A DNA stretch of 61,051 bases. Source: a virus (lineage: Duplodnaviria > Caudoviricetes). The translations under genes were made by a program, and so were the position numbers. The notes below the pieces were generated by a model that was not told the DNA's origin, did not search any database, and worked only from the letters and a program-made list of their open reading frames with translations. The DNA is taken from positions 1 to 61,051 of the IMG/VR virus record IMGVR_UViG_3300044638_006390; one strand, 5' to 3'. This document shows, piece after piece, positions 10,718 to 20,858 of the stretch (position 1 is the stretch's first letter; every line of letters begins with the position of its first letter).

Positions 10718-11005
10718 TTAAATTAACTCTAGTGCAATTTCCCCAGATTTTTGAGCAGCTTGAACAGCTTGGTATACTGCTGCTTCTTGACCTGAATCAA
10801 CCTGTATAGTCATGATTCCTGATGAAGTAAAATCTATTGACATTACACCAATGGTGGTATAATTTGAATAATCTTCTCCAGCTACCTGAACTACGTTGAT
10901 GTTACCTATGGTTATGGGGTTAGATATGCCAGCAATATTAATTATTAATGATCCAAAATAACTAATATTAGATTGATTATACGTTATTGAGTCATTGTAC
11001 AGCAT
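10718..11005 (-). CDS. Hypothetical protein
   Basis: 95-aa ORF preceded by TACTATA motif. Confidence 0.5.
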   Translation of the reverse strand: MLYNDSITYNQSNISYFGSLIINIAGISNPITIGNINVVQVAGEDYSNYTTIGVMSIDFTSSGIMTIQVDSGQEAAVYQAVQAAQKSGEIALELI

Positions 11006-11069
11006 GACCTATATAGTAGTGATTTATTGGATTATTTAAAACGAAAAAATATATTATAATCTGCTAGCT

Positions 11070-11876
11070 CTAAAGAGTATATTGTTTAGATGAAGCTCTT
11101 TTAGTTGCTTCTTCTATTAGGTTTGGCATCCATTTTTTGTAAGGATTGTCCTCACCAACTATCTCTTCTCGATCAAAAGAAGTGCCGTAGCAAGCAATGC
11201 TTAGGTAGGCGTATCTCTGACCTGCTGAGACTGGAAGGACTTCGTGTCTTCCTATATAAGATGAGGGATATATTGCAACTGATCCCATTTTTGGCTTCCA
11301 GGTTGTTGAAATATTAGGAAAGTGAAGCTCTCCACCAACATAGTTGTAACCATTCAACTCTTGCTCTGAATCAACGCAATCATTTAAATACAAGTTTATG
11401 CTAGAACTGTTATGCATTGACACCTGATTGCCAGTTGGCTTTCCCCACTCATAAGGAACTTGATCGTCACAGTGCTGACCTATTCTTTGTCCATTCTCAT
11501 ATCCTGCAATGTGCCCATTTGGTCTCCACCAAGAAGTTGTCCCAGCATCGGGGAAATAGCAACAATATTCTACAAGGGCATCATATAATGCGTCTTCTAG
11601 TGAATCTATGAAATCAATATATTTTTTAGGTACTTCTATGTTTAGCTGACTACCCTTTGTGTCCAAGAATCTTTGAGGTGCTTGCTGTATATCTTCTAAG
11701 CTAAATCTAAAACCAGTTTTGTTAGTAGCATACTTTACTCCGTTTTCTTCATGATAAGTAAATGTATCTTCTTGGTTCTTGCGAATCCAATCCATATATT
11801 CAAAAAGAAAATCTTGATCTATATTGATTACGTTTTCGCAAATAACTACGCCCATTCCCATATGTTTTGATATCAT
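11070..11876 (-). CDS. 2OG-Fe(II) oxygenase (prolyl 4-hydroxylase-like)
   Basis: HCD...LYLND...GGELHF...HEV...G.RY motifs. Confidence 0.85.
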   Translation of the reverse strand: MISKHMGMGVVICENVINIDQDFLFEYMDWIRKNQEDTFTYHEENGVKYATNKTGFRFSLEDIQQAPQRFLDTKGSQLNIEVPKKYIDFIDSLEDALYDALVEYCCYFPDAGTTSWWRPNGHIAGYENGQRIGQHCDDQVPYEWGKPTGNQVSMHNSSSINLYLNDCVDSEQELNGYNYVGGELHFPNISTTWKPKMGSVAIYPSSYIGRHEVLPVSAGQRYAYLSIACYGTSFDREEIVGEDNPYKKWMPNLIEEATKRASSKQYTL

Positions 11877-11884
11877 AAAGTTCC

Positions 11885-12766
11885 TTAATAATTTGATTTT
11901 GTAATATAAAACTGAGGAGAATCTTCTTTGTACCCAGATTCTAATAGATGTTTTTTTAGATCTTCTCTAAGCGTGGTCATGTAAACGTTTGTTGCCTTTT
12001 TCGACAATTCAGGTTCTTTTAAAGGATCTGCTACATATTCGTGAACTGCAGGATTGGGAGTTCCTTGACTATACCATCCAAGATAGCTGTATCTAAAACC
12101 TTCTTTTACCGGCTTGACCTCATGGGCTGCCATGTAGTTGGATGGAAAGAATAATATATCACCCTTCTTAGGAGAGTAATCTATGTCCAGATAGTTAAAG
12201 TAGTGATGTCCACCAATGTAATTTTGCCCGTCTAAATCTTCTTTATTATCAACCGAATCATTAAAGTAAACTAGACTTGTAACAACATTTCTTAACGCCA
12301 ATTGATCTTGAGGTTCTAAGATTCCATATATATAATCGCCACTGATATCTGAATGCGAACCAAGATAAACATCTTTTGGATACTGCAATATGTGACCCTT
12401 AACTTTCCACCATACGCATTTGTAAGCTAATGGAAATAGTTCAAAGTACTGCAGTAAGCATTTGTCTTTTGCTAACTCTATAAAAGAAAAGAGATCACGT
12501 AGATCTTCGTTATCCTTGTAATGAATTGCACTAGCTCTCTTTGGCATGAGGTCAATACTTTCTTTGTTAAAAAAGTATCCGCTTTTATTTACGTATATTT
12601 CTTGACCAGTTTCAGGGTCTATGCCAGAAGAGTACATTTCGTTCCACTCTTCTTCTATTAGATCATTTGATCTATTAAGTAAATTCTGCCAATCTAAATC
12701 TAGGCAACCTTCAAACACTACTACTCCACCACCTAGGTGTTTTGGTTCGACTTTATTAAAAATCAT
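11885..12766 (-). CDS. 2OG-Fe(II) oxygenase
   Basis: HSD...YFND...GG...FPSNYMAAHEV...RY. Confidence 0.85.
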   Translation of the reverse strand: MIFNKVEPKHLGGGVVVFEGCLDLDWQNLLNRSNDLIEEEWNEMYSSGIDPETGQEIYVNKSGYFFNKESIDLMPKRASAIHYKDNEDLRDLFSFIELAKDKCLLQYFELFPLAYKCVWWKVKGHILQYPKDVYLGSHSDISGDYIYGILEPQDQLALRNVVTSLVYFNDSVDNKEDLDGQNYIGGHHYFNYLDIDYSPKKGDILFFPSNYMAAHEVKPVKEGFRYSYLGWYSQGTPNPAVHEYVADPLKEPELSKKATNVYMTTLREDLKKHLLESGYKEDSPQFYITKSNY

Positions 12767-13689
12767 AATCTGCCAATCTCTTCATTAGTGTTATTGCTAG
12801 TCATTGGTCTATTTGCTGCCTCAGTCAATAGTGCTAATTCCTCTTTGTTTGTTTTAGGATGTCTTTTTTCTATTAATGTTAAATAGTCTTGCACTATGTT
12901 TGGCATCCACACTTGACCACTATCCATTACTTCTGAAGGCTGCCTTATGTTTACCCCCCTGGATGGATCGCTAGACCCTTGTGCAAAATATCCAACGTAA
13001 GCATATCTTTCTCCGTCTTTGCATTCGAGAACTTTGTGTGTTCCGAGATAGTTCGATGGAAACATCAATACGTCACCTGCTTTTGGAGAGTATGTAAAAT
13101 TTGCGTATGGAAAAACTATTTCTCCACCTATGTAATCATTATTGCTTTTTATTTCGCTATAAGAAGAAACTGAATTATTAAAATAAATTAGCCCACCTAA
13201 AACATTTCTTATTGCTAGCTGTTGATCTGGTTCTGCTCCTGGTTGATAATTGACATCATTGTCACAGTGCTTTCCAAATCGCCCGCCTTTTCCATATCCG
13301 ACTATATGCCCTTGAGTTCTCCACCATAAGCAGGTCAGTACCATAGGAAACATTTCTACGTATCTAAGCATGCACGAGTAAAGAACGTCTTCGCAAGCCT
13401 TAAAGAAGTCAAAATACTTTTTATCTAGACCTTCATGCATAAAATTCATTATATGATTGCATGCAATATCTACGTCTTCTAGAGTATATCTATGTCCGCT
13501 TCTATTTATTGCATAAATTGGATTGCCAAAATTGTCATTGATAAAAGTAAAATCGTCTTCTAAAGCTTTTAATCTTAAAGATCTTGCAAACTCCAATATA
13601 TAATCATGATTTTCCATGGGCAGTACATTCTTAAAAAGAACAACTCCCATATCATGAATTTCTATATTTTCTTCTTTTATCTCAAACAC
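12763..13689 (-). CDS. 2OG-Fe(II) oxygenase
   Basis: HCD...GGEIVF...FPSNYLGTHKV...GERY. Confidence 0.85.
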   Translation of the reverse strand: MFEIKEENIEIHDMGVVLFKNVLPMENHDYILEFARSLRLKALEDDFTFINDNFGNPIYAINRSGHRYTLEDVDIACNHIMNFMHEGLDKKYFDFFKACEDVLYSCMLRYVEMFPMVLTCLWWRTQGHIVGYGKGGRFGKHCDNDVNYQPGAEPDQQLAIRNVLGGLIYFNNSVSSYSEIKSNNDYIGGEIVFPYANFTYSPKAGDVLMFPSNYLGTHKVLECKDGERYAYVGYFAQGSSDPSRGVNIRQPSEVMDSGQVWMPNIVQDYLTLIEKRHPKTNKEELALLTEAANRPMTSNNTNEEIGRL

Positions 13690-14801
13690 TATATTAACCT
13701 AGGTTCCGTTCCACATGGCCCTTCTGGGATGTCGTTCGTTGATAGCTTTGATTCTTCTTTTTTATCGACTTCAATAACATCATGACTTTGAGAGTATTGA
13801 GTAACTTCTCTACCTTGGTAAACTGGATTCCAACCAGCTTCAACGCCAAATTCTTGTGATCTATTTTCCCATCTAGAATAAGGAGTCCTACAATACATTT
13901 CGTAGTCATCGTAAATATTATTAAACCAAACAGGTGGACACCATTCAAAACTTTCTGATGGTTCAGATATTATTATATTAGCTGGCTGATCAGATGATCC
14001 TTGTCCAAAGAAAGTTAAATATGAATACCTAACTCCGTTTCCCATTCTTCCCACATCGTGTGCTGCAACGTAGTTTGTTGGGAAGAATATGATATCTCCC
14101 TTTTGAGGTTTGTAAGAAACTCCTAAATGGACAAATCTTAAATGTCCACCTGTAAAGTTTCTACCATTTAATTCATTTTCATCATCAACACAGTCATTTA
14201 GGTATACTAATGCCCCACATGTTTGTCTTGATGCAACCATTCCTTTTGGCATGTACCTGACGCCATTCGTAACTTTATAATTTGTATCATTGTCTGCGTG
14301 ACATCCTAAGATTCCACCATCTCCATACCTAAGAACGTGACCTCTAGTTTTCCACCAGATAGATCCAATCATCAAAGGATAATGATCTATGTATTTAATT
14401 AGACCTTTATATATTTGATCTTCTAGATAAATAAAGAAATTTTTTATTTCTTCTTCTGTCTTAGGATTGACCGGGTCAAGTATTCTTACTGGAGCTGCTG
14501 GAACATCTTCCATTCTATATTTGAAACCATCTTCATTGATTCCGTATGTAATGCCATCTATTTCTTTGTATGACCATCTATTCTTATGTGCTTCTTCAGC
14601 TCTTGAGTCTATATGGTCTAGTACTAAATCTTGATCTATCTTAAATGCATTTCTAACCACGACTATGCCAGGCGCTAATTCTTCTGCTTCAAAGTCTGCT
14701 ATTTCTTTTATGGTTACCTCATCAAAATGAGGCGATACTGGATATGCACTACTACTCATTCTTGATTCGTCTTTTTCAAAAAAAGAACTACTATCTTTCA
14801 T
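13689..14801 (-). CDS. 2OG-Fe(II) oxygenase
   Basis: HAD...YLND...GGHLRF...FPTNYVAAHDV...GVRY. Confidence 0.85.
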   Translation of the reverse strand: MKDSSSFFEKDESRMSSSAYPVSPHFDEVTIKEIADFEAEELAPGIVVVRNAFKIDQDLVLDHIDSRAEEAHKNRWSYKEIDGITYGINEDGFKYRMEDVPAAPVRILDPVNPKTEEEIKNFFIYLEDQIYKGLIKYIDHYPLMIGSIWWKTRGHVLRYGDGGILGCHADNDTNYKVTNGVRYMPKGMVASRQTCGALVYLNDCVDDENELNGRNFTGGHLRFVHLGVSYKPQKGDIIFFPTNYVAAHDVGRMGNGVRYSYLTFFGQGSSDQPANIIISEPSESFEWCPPVWFNNIYDDYEMYCRTPYSRWENRSQEFGVEAGWNPVYQGREVTQYSQSHDVIEVDKKEESKLSTNDIPEGPCGTEPRLI

Positions 14802-15415
14802 TATCCCAGCACCTCATCTATGGCTTGTCTGATTGTCCATCCAGCACCTTGTATTCTTGGCACTTCATCTAGCGGCATATCTTGCCAGTTAAATCTAGAT
14901 ATCATAACTCCATCTCTACTAACTAAAAACTTTTCATAGTTATGAGAGATTCTTGCCATTGCTTGGCCTGCTAAGTTCTGCCCTCTTTGAGCTTCTTTGC
15001 TACCATCTGCTGGAAAATCTGAATACCCTCTTTTTTCATAACCCTTAAGAAATGCAAAAGCTTCATGCTCATCTTTTCCATTGACTTCAACTTTTTCAAA
15101 AATAGGAAAAGTGACAAAGGAATAATTCTGCTTAATAAAATCTGCTATTTCTTCATTAGTGCCAGGGTCCATCGACCCAAACTGATTACATGGGAATGCT
15201 AGTACAGAAAAACCTCTATCGCTAAATTCTTCATGCACCTCCTGTAGTTGCCCAAGCTGTCTACATGTTCTTGCATAAGACCATAACTTTGAGCACTGGG
15301 GTTCATAGCCGTACTTGCTAGCTATATTCACCACTAAGGTTATCTTACCTTTAAACTCAGAAAGGTAGTTCTCTCTACCGTATATTGAAGAAGCTGAAAA
15401 ATTATAAAAAGACAT
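14801..15415 (-). CDS. Glutathione peroxidase-family protein with altered active site
   Basis: VVNIASK, LAFPCNQFG, FPIFEKVEVNG and NYEKFLV signatures. Confidence 0.85.
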   Translation of the reverse strand: MSFYNFSASSIYGRENYLSEFKGKITLVVNIASKYGYEPQCSKLWSYARTCRQLGQLQEVHEEFSDRGFSVLAFPCNQFGSMDPGTNEEIADFIKQNYSFVTFPIFEKVEVNGKDEHEAFAFLKGYEKRGYSDFPADGSKEAQRGQNLAGQAMARISHNYEKFLVSRDGVMISRFNWQDMPLDEVPRIQGAGWTIRQAIDEVLG

Positions 15416-15765
15416 TATTTAATCCCAACAAATGAAGCTGTTAGATACTGATCTATTTCTATCATTCCAGCTATTTTATTATCTTCTATTAAATTTGCAG
15501 TTATTGATATACTAGATTTTATTGGAAAATCTGTTTCTACAGAACAAAAAAATGTTGTGCCTTCAAACTTTGCGCCAGTAAATGCAATAGACGCTTTATC
15601 ATGTTCGATTGAACCTTGCAGTCCATCGTAATCAAGGTAGAAACCACTACCTTTCAGTGGTCCAAAAGTGTCTATGTTTAAAGTGTATTTTTCTTTTCCA
15701 AATGGAGTATCAACATCAATATTCCATTTTCCAAAGATGTTTACTATATTAAAAGTCTGAGTCAT
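15415..15765 (-). CDS. Hypothetical beta-rich protein
   Basis: GKWNIDVDTPFG start; TGTGATATAAT just upstream. Confidence 0.6.
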   Translation of the reverse strand: MTQTFNIVNIFGKWNIDVDTPFGKEKYTLNIDTFGPLKGSGFYLDYDGLQGSIEHDKASIAFTGAKFEGTTFFCSVETDFPIKSSISITANLIEDNKIAGMIEIDQYLTASFVGIK

Positions 15766-15789
15766 AACTACAATTATATCACATAATTT

Positions 15790-16461
15790 TTATTCGTAGA
15801 AAAAAGTTCCTTCAGAAAGAGCTAATGGAGGATTATCTTTATGCCACACATTTGTAACCATGACTTGTCTAAGTCCAGATTTTGCAGGAGTGCTACCGTG
15901 GACTATGTGCCCTGAATCAAAAATAATTAACCTATTTCCTTTATATGCTATTCTTTCTCTGTCTTCTATTGGTGATATGTTTTCTTTATCTTTAATTTTA
16001 TCTAAACTTTTTTTCTGGCCATCTACTAAAATATTTTTATGAATTTCTAGAAAACCACCATCTGAGTTATCTATTCCGTAATATACGCAGCCCATAGTTG
16101 GTGCTTGAAATGTTTTATCTTTTTTATATAGGAAAGTGTCTTCGTCTACATGAAGATCTATATACTGACCTGGGCTATAGGTTCTTGTCCAGTACTCAAA
16201 GCCAACAATATCTTCACATGGCCATTCCATGTATTGTTCCCAGATTTGTTTTATTACTTGTTTTTTTAAAGTATTTGCTGGACTTTTCCACCAACCGTCC
16301 CAAAACATAAATGGCGAATAATGACTAGAGGGTTCTTCGTGGTACATCATTAAATGAGCAGCTATTTGATTTGTTTCTCCCATAGATTTTGGGAAAAACA
16401 AATCATCTTTTAATACTTGATTGTAGAGATTTTCATGTAAGCAATTATCTTTTACTATCAT
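15790..16461 (-). CDS. 2OG-Fe(II) oxygenase
   Basis: HVDED...GGFLEI...NRLIIFD...HG...R. Confidence 0.75.
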   Translation of the reverse strand: MIVKDNCLHENLYNQVLKDDLFFPKSMGETNQIAAHLMMYHEEPSSHYSPFMFWDGWWKSPANTLKKQVIKQIWEQYMEWPCEDIVGFEYWTRTYSPGQYIDLHVDEDTFLYKKDKTFQAPTMGCVYYGIDNSDGGFLEIHKNILVDGQKKSLDKIKDKENISPIEDRERIAYKGNRLIIFDSGHIVHGSTPAKSGLRQVMVTNVWHKDNPPLALSEGTFFYE

Positions 16462-16478
16462 AGGATGATTGTAATGCT

Positions 16479-17657
16479 TTAATCCGTTTGATTACGGAAA
16501 TCAACTGGTTTGATTAAATTCTTTACATACTCTTTAATTAGTTCTTTGTCTTGTAGATAAATATTCTTTTTTATTATATCCGTAATACTATTGTTCTTCT
16601 CCACATAAGAAGGACCACTAAAGTATGCCTTATTTAAAACGTCTACAGGGGTAGCTGAAAGTATATTTAATTCATTTTCAATACAAAATTTATATATTTC
16701 AGTTTCAAAAAATGTTTTTTCTTTCTCTAACATAGAAGATGGAATATTTAAATTTTCTGGATAATTACTAGCTAAGGAACCTAATGTTCTGTATCTTAGT
16801 TTTTTCATAAACCATTTCTTAAATTTTTCTGGCACAACTGAATTTTCCTCTATAGACTTTCTTGGATCTTCATCACCACTTAGGTATAAAGACAAGACAG
16901 TATCAGGCTGAGATTCTGCTAGTTCATCTAATGCATCTTGCGGTATTGACCAATCTATAAATGCTTTATTACATCTAACTGCAATATTCTCCTCAGAGTT
17001 CCATGGATCTTGATTTAGCAAATTCCATTCATATGCCATCTTTACAGCATGAGCGAAAGTTCTGCAGTAATTGACACGAATAGGCCAGTCTTTATAATTT
17101 CTATCATTAAGTTCGCTAGAATATTCCACTTTTACTATATAGATATTGGACATTGAAGATAAGAAAACCGTCCATCCTTTTACATTATCTCCACCAAGTT
17201 GACTTCTGTCGCAAACATCTGCTGCACCTTCTTTATTTGTGTCGAGGAATCCGACGGCAGCATAATCTTCAAGGTCGCATCTTCTAGCATCATCCACTGG
17301 AGAAGGAGCTCCTCCTAGAGCTTCTTTATAATCTGATACAGACTGCATTATAAAGAATGCATTTGTATTCTTACTGTAGGAGTTATTTAATACGTCTTCA
17401 ATAAATTCATAATTTTCGTAATTTATATCTTCTGTATAATTTTGCGAAATAATTCTATATACAAAATCTGTCTTATAGACATTTATTTTTGTAAAGGCTA
17501 TTAAAGTTTTGTCGCCAATGTCATATATGTCGTAGTTTAAGTATTCCTGTAGCCCACGAGGATGAACTGTATTTAAAGTAAAGTTTTCTTTAATAGACGT
17601 TACTGCATAACAGGCGTAGTTGGAGGGACTATATTCTTCGATTGCTTTGTACTGCAT
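16479..17657 (-). CDS. Hypothetical protein
   Basis: 392-aa ORF, no recognised motif. Confidence 0.6.
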   Translation of the reverse strand: MQYKAIEEYSPSNYACYAVTSIKENFTLNTVHPRGLQEYLNYDIYDIGDKTLIAFTKINVYKTDFVYRIISQNYTEDINYENYEFIEDVLNNSYSKNTNAFFIMQSVSDYKEALGGAPSPVDDARRCDLEDYAAVGFLDTNKEGAADVCDRSQLGGDNVKGWTVFLSSMSNIYIVKVEYSSELNDRNYKDWPIRVNYCRTFAHAVKMAYEWNLLNQDPWNSEENIAVRCNKAFIDWSIPQDALDELAESQPDTVLSLYLSGDEDPRKSIEENSVVPEKFKKWFMKKLRYRTLGSLASNYPENLNIPSSMLEKEKTFFETEIYKFCIENELNILSATPVDVLNKAYFSGPSYVEKNNSITDIIKKNIYLQDKELIKEYVKNLIKPVDFRNQTD

Positions 17658-17668
17658 TTGTGCTCCAG

Positions 17669-17890
17669 TTATAAGGAAGATATCTTAATGTCAATATCTT
17701 TTATCTTACAAATTATACCATAAATATCATTTTGCGCTGTGCTGTTTTCAGCGGGCGTAAAGCTTTCTTCGTCAAATTCTTCTGGATCAATACCCAATAC
17801 CGACAACCTCAAGATTAAGGCTTTTTCAAGTTCTGCTTTTACCAACTGGTATGCTTGTTTTTTTTCTTCAGAAGATAGAGTAAATTTCAT
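17669..17890 (-). CDS. Small helical hypothetical protein
   Basis: LGIDPEEFDEESF motif shared with neighbour. Confidence 0.65.
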   Translation of the reverse strand: MKFTLSSEEKKQAYQLVKAELEKALILRLSVLGIDPEEFDEESFTPAENSTAQNDIYGIICKIKDIDIKISSL

Positions 17891-17893
17891 ATA

Positions 17894-18151
17894 TCACTCT
17901 TCTAATAAGGACATCTGATTATTTAAAATTTCTAGTGAATCAAGAGCTTTTTTTAGATTTTGTCGTGAGCTTATAGTTCCTAAATCTATTGGATCAACTG
18001 ACGAATCTTCAACTTCAAATGAGCTTTCATCAAAACTGTCTGGATTAATCCCTAGCTCTGCTAAACCTGTATATACTTTTTTTTCATATTTTAGAATATT
18101 TTCTTGTAATATTTCTATTTTTGCGCTTTTCTCTATATTGTTAAAGATCAT
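17894..18151 (-). CDS. Small helical hypothetical protein
   Basis: LGINPDSFDESSF motif shared with neighbour. Confidence 0.65.
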   Translation of the reverse strand: MIFNNIEKSAKIEILQENILKYEKKVYTGLAELGINPDSFDESSFEVEDSSVDPIDLGTISSRQNLKKALDSLEILNNQMSLLEE

Positions 18152-18225
18152 TATTTTTCCTTTGCGTGAAAACTTATTTTGATATAGTACTTAAATTTAC
18201 TAGAATTTGCAACCTAGAACCTTGG

Positions 18226-18930
18226 TCATTTGGTTGGATCAACAAGGTTTAATAGTCCATCATGCTTTGGCCCTATTGCATTTCCATTTTCATCCAAGCC
18301 AGTTCTGATTCCGTTCATCCAAGTCCAAGGCTGCTCATGAAGTTTCTTCATTTTTGCATCTCCGTATGATTGACGTTTGGCCATTAATTCTGGTTTATCC
18401 CAAAGGTTTTCAACTACTACTTCTGCATTTTCTAGGAGATCATTTTTATAAATATTAAAGAACATAAATGGCATTCCTGCTTCAAACCTAATTGGTTCAC
18501 CAATCTTGGTTATCTTCCAGTTCATGTTAAATTCATCAGGCCACCAAGAGCTTGGTATAGTGGCCGACAATGGAGCAGCTCCATCTATAAAGTAATTAGG
18601 AGAACCTGTTATCCATGTGTCATAACCATCTTCAGTATTGATAGCCCATCCTGTAGCAAAAGAAATTATCCCTATTATAGAAGGTATTACTACTGGTCTT
18701 CCATTCAAGAATTCACCTTCCAAGACCCTAGGTGTAGTATTCCCGCCATCCCATTGAACTACTACATCTTGTTGTAAAACTAACTCCCAACCGTTAACAT
18801 TGGCTGCTGTCATTGGGAGACATTTATAGGCATGCTTCTTGTAGGTTTCATCCATCCAGTCTCTTTTAAGTCTAGACTGCTTTATATCTGGCGGATTTTG
18901 ATGAGTCTTAGTTAGGGTTATTCTAGTCAT
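18226..18930 (-). CDS. DUF6065-like protein (start revised to MTRITL)
   Basis: RDWMDET...AYKCLPMTAAN..GW and F.MNWKIT motifs; ATG at 18930 abuts the upstream stop. Confidence 0.7.
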   Translation of the reverse strand: MTRITLTKTHQNPPDIKQSRLKRDWMDETYKKHAYKCLPMTAANVNGWELVLQQDVVVQWDGGNTTPRVLEGEFLNGRPVVIPSIIGIISFATGWAINTEDGYDTWITGSPNYFIDGAAPLSATIPSSWWPDEFNMNWKITKIGEPIRFEAGMPFMFFNIYKNDLLENAEVVVENLWDKPELMAKRQSYGDAKMKKLHEQPWTWMNGIRTGLDENGNAIGPKHDGLLNLVDPTK

Positions 18931-18931
18931 C

Positions 18932-19615
18932 TTAAAGTTTTTTAAGGGTAACTCCAGATTCTTCTTTAGTTTCATCTTGAGAGTTTGCTATTTGATGATA
19001 TTCTTTATTGTTGTCTTTATAATCAAACATTGTAACTGCTGAATACTTAACACCTTCAGTTACGGGCAATGATCCGTGAGCAAAAATGTATGTTGAAGGA
19101 AAGAAAAGTACATCTCCTTTTTTAGGCTTAAACTTTAAGTTGATATAAGGAAACCATAGTTCTCCACCTTCATAATTGTCATTTAAGTAAGCTATAGAAG
19201 ATAGCGTGCACGTATATGAAAAGCCATGATCGGTATGAACAGAAAAGTGTTGCCCAACTTCATATCTAACAAAGTTGATAGATTCCATAAATTCCATTTT
19301 AAAATTATATCTAGATTCATAATCTGCTAGACATTTTTTTAATATAGCGTCTGTATCATCATAAACATTTTTAATTTCTTTTAAATCTTCAGGCAGATAA
19401 GGCCAATGAGCTGGACCGACTTTTAGGTCAACACAATCTCTGTAGTCTGGCATTGGCGTATTGTATCCAACTGTAGCTGTATTCCACTTAAAATGTTCAT
19501 GCTTACTATCTTTTAGGGTTTCTTCTAATCTACCAATAATATTTAGGTCATCTGACATTACGTCCCTATACAGGATGATTCCAAACTTAGGATCTTCTAC
19601 GTTATAAATTTCCAT
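18932..19615 (-). CDS. 2OG-Fe(II) oxygenase (start revised to MEIYNV)
   Basis: HTD...YLNDNYEGGEL...FPSTYIFAHG...KY; AAGGA upstream of ATG 19615. Confidence 0.85.
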   Translation of the reverse strand: MEIYNVEDPKFGIILYRDVMSDDLNIIGRLEETLKDSKHEHFKWNTATVGYNTPMPDYRDCVDLKVGPAHWPYLPEDLKEIKNVYDDTDAILKKCLADYESRYNFKMEFMESINFVRYEVGQHFSVHTDHGFSYTCTLSSIAYLNDNYEGGELWFPYINLKFKPKKGDVLFFPSTYIFAHGSLPVTEGVKYSAVTMFDYKDNNKEYHQIANSQDETKEESGVTLKKL

Positions 19616-19639
19616 TTTTTCCTTATCGGTATTTAGTTC

Positions 19640-19654
19640 TGCTATAATATAGCA
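19640..19654. promoter_or_regulatory. Bidirectional extended -10 element TGCTATAATATAGCA
   Basis: Inverted repeat between divergent oxygenase genes: TGCTATAAT on +, TGCTATATT on -. Confidence 0.5.
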
Positions 19655-19693
19655 CGTAGTTTCGGGCAAATCAAACTAGATTGGAGCGGCAAG

Positions 19694-20314
19694 ATGGATG
19701 AGTCATTAATAAAGCCAGGACATTTTGGCAGGGATGTTAAAAACATAAAGGTGTATAATAATTTTATTGAATTAGAAGACCTTAAAATTATACAAAAGTT
19801 TTTACCTACTATTTCAGAATGGATGGATGCGGGTGAGAATCAGTATGCAGACGATGGCACTTGTACATATGACGCTTCTTACTGGGCGGATAGACAATGT
19901 AGTTGGGATATACTTCAAAGAATAAATATAGAAATATATAATATTGTAGAAAAATATATTCAAAAAATGAAAAAATGTTTAGAAAATTCTTTTAAAGTTA
20001 AGCTATCAACAAGACCACCAGTGATCATCAAGTGGCGTCCTGGCATGGAGCAAAGACCTCATGCAGATAAACAAATGAATGATGGAAGACCTAATCCTTT
20101 TCCCACTTACGATATAAATTCATTAATTTATTACAATGATGACTTTGAAGGTGGAGAATTATATTACCCAGAATATGATCTTGTAATTAAACCGCAGCCA
20201 GGATTAGGAGTTGCTCACCCTGGAGACATAGACTACCTTCATGGAGTAAAGCCAATTATTTCTGGAGAAAGATATACAACTCCATCTTTTTATACTATTA
20301 CAGAATTAAAATAA
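19694..20314 (+). CDS. 2OG-Fe(II) oxygenase
   Basis: HAD...YYNDDFEGGEL...HGV...GERY. Confidence 0.85.
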   Translation: MDESLIKPGHFGRDVKNIKVYNNFIELEDLKIIQKFLPTISEWMDAGENQYADDGTCTYDASYWADRQCSWDILQRINIEIYNIVEKYIQKMKKCLENSFKVKLSTRPPVIIKWRPGMEQRPHADKQMNDGRPNPFPTYDINSLIYYNDDFEGGELYYPEYDLVIKPQPGLGVAHPGDIDYLHGVKPIISGERYTTPSFYTITELK

Positions 20315-20315
20315 A

Positions 20316-20858
20316 ATGGATAAGATTCATGTTATTAAAAATATTATAGATGAACAAGATTTACAACAAATTATATCGTACCTAAAAGATACTCCAGTTA
20401 CGATTGATGAATCTGGATATTCTCCATTTGGAGTGTATGCTGGAAATGGTAGCCCTACCTTACCTGAGCTTCTCAGTAAGTATTATGATGCATTAAAAGA
20501 AATAATGGAAACTTCTTTTGATTGCAAAGTTTTTGATGAAGGAGTAAGTAGCATAGTAGAAATGAAAACTGGTGATTCAATGCCGGTTCATCTGGATCAC
20601 GGATCTGCTCAAAATCAAAGTGTTGGCTTAAAAACTGGCGCAGGACACCCAACTAGAGACCTTAGCTCAGTACTCTATTATAATGATGACTATGAGGGTG
20701 GAGAAATTTATTTTCCTAATCAAGACTTATTGATTAAGCCAGAACCTGGAATGTTTGTTTGTTTTCCCGCAAAAGATGAATTCCCACACCAAGTCAAGGA
20801 AATAAAGAGTGGATACCGTTGGTGCTCTACTAATTTTTGGTGCATTAAGAAAGACTAA
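20316..20858 (+). CDS. 2OG-Fe(II) oxygenase
   Basis: HLD...YYNDDYEGGEI...HQV...GYRW. Confidence 0.85.
   Translation: MDKIHVIKNIIDEQDLQQIISYLKDTPVTIDESGYSPFGVYAGNGSPTLPELLSKYYDALKEIMETSFDCKVFDEGVSSIVEMKTGDSMPVHLDHGSAQNQSVGLKTGAGHPTRDLSSVLYYNDDYEGGEIYFPNQDLLIKPEPGMFVCFPAKDEFPHQVKEIKSGYRWCSTNFWCIKKD

Noticed and set aside
15301-15330. Selenocysteine in the GPx-like gene
   Set aside because: The codon at the catalytic position is TAC, not TGA.
18930-18975. Overlap of DUF6065-like and oxygenase ORFs as a fifth frameshift
   Set aside because: Explained by an internal ATG at 18930 next to the upstream stop; no CGG-A.
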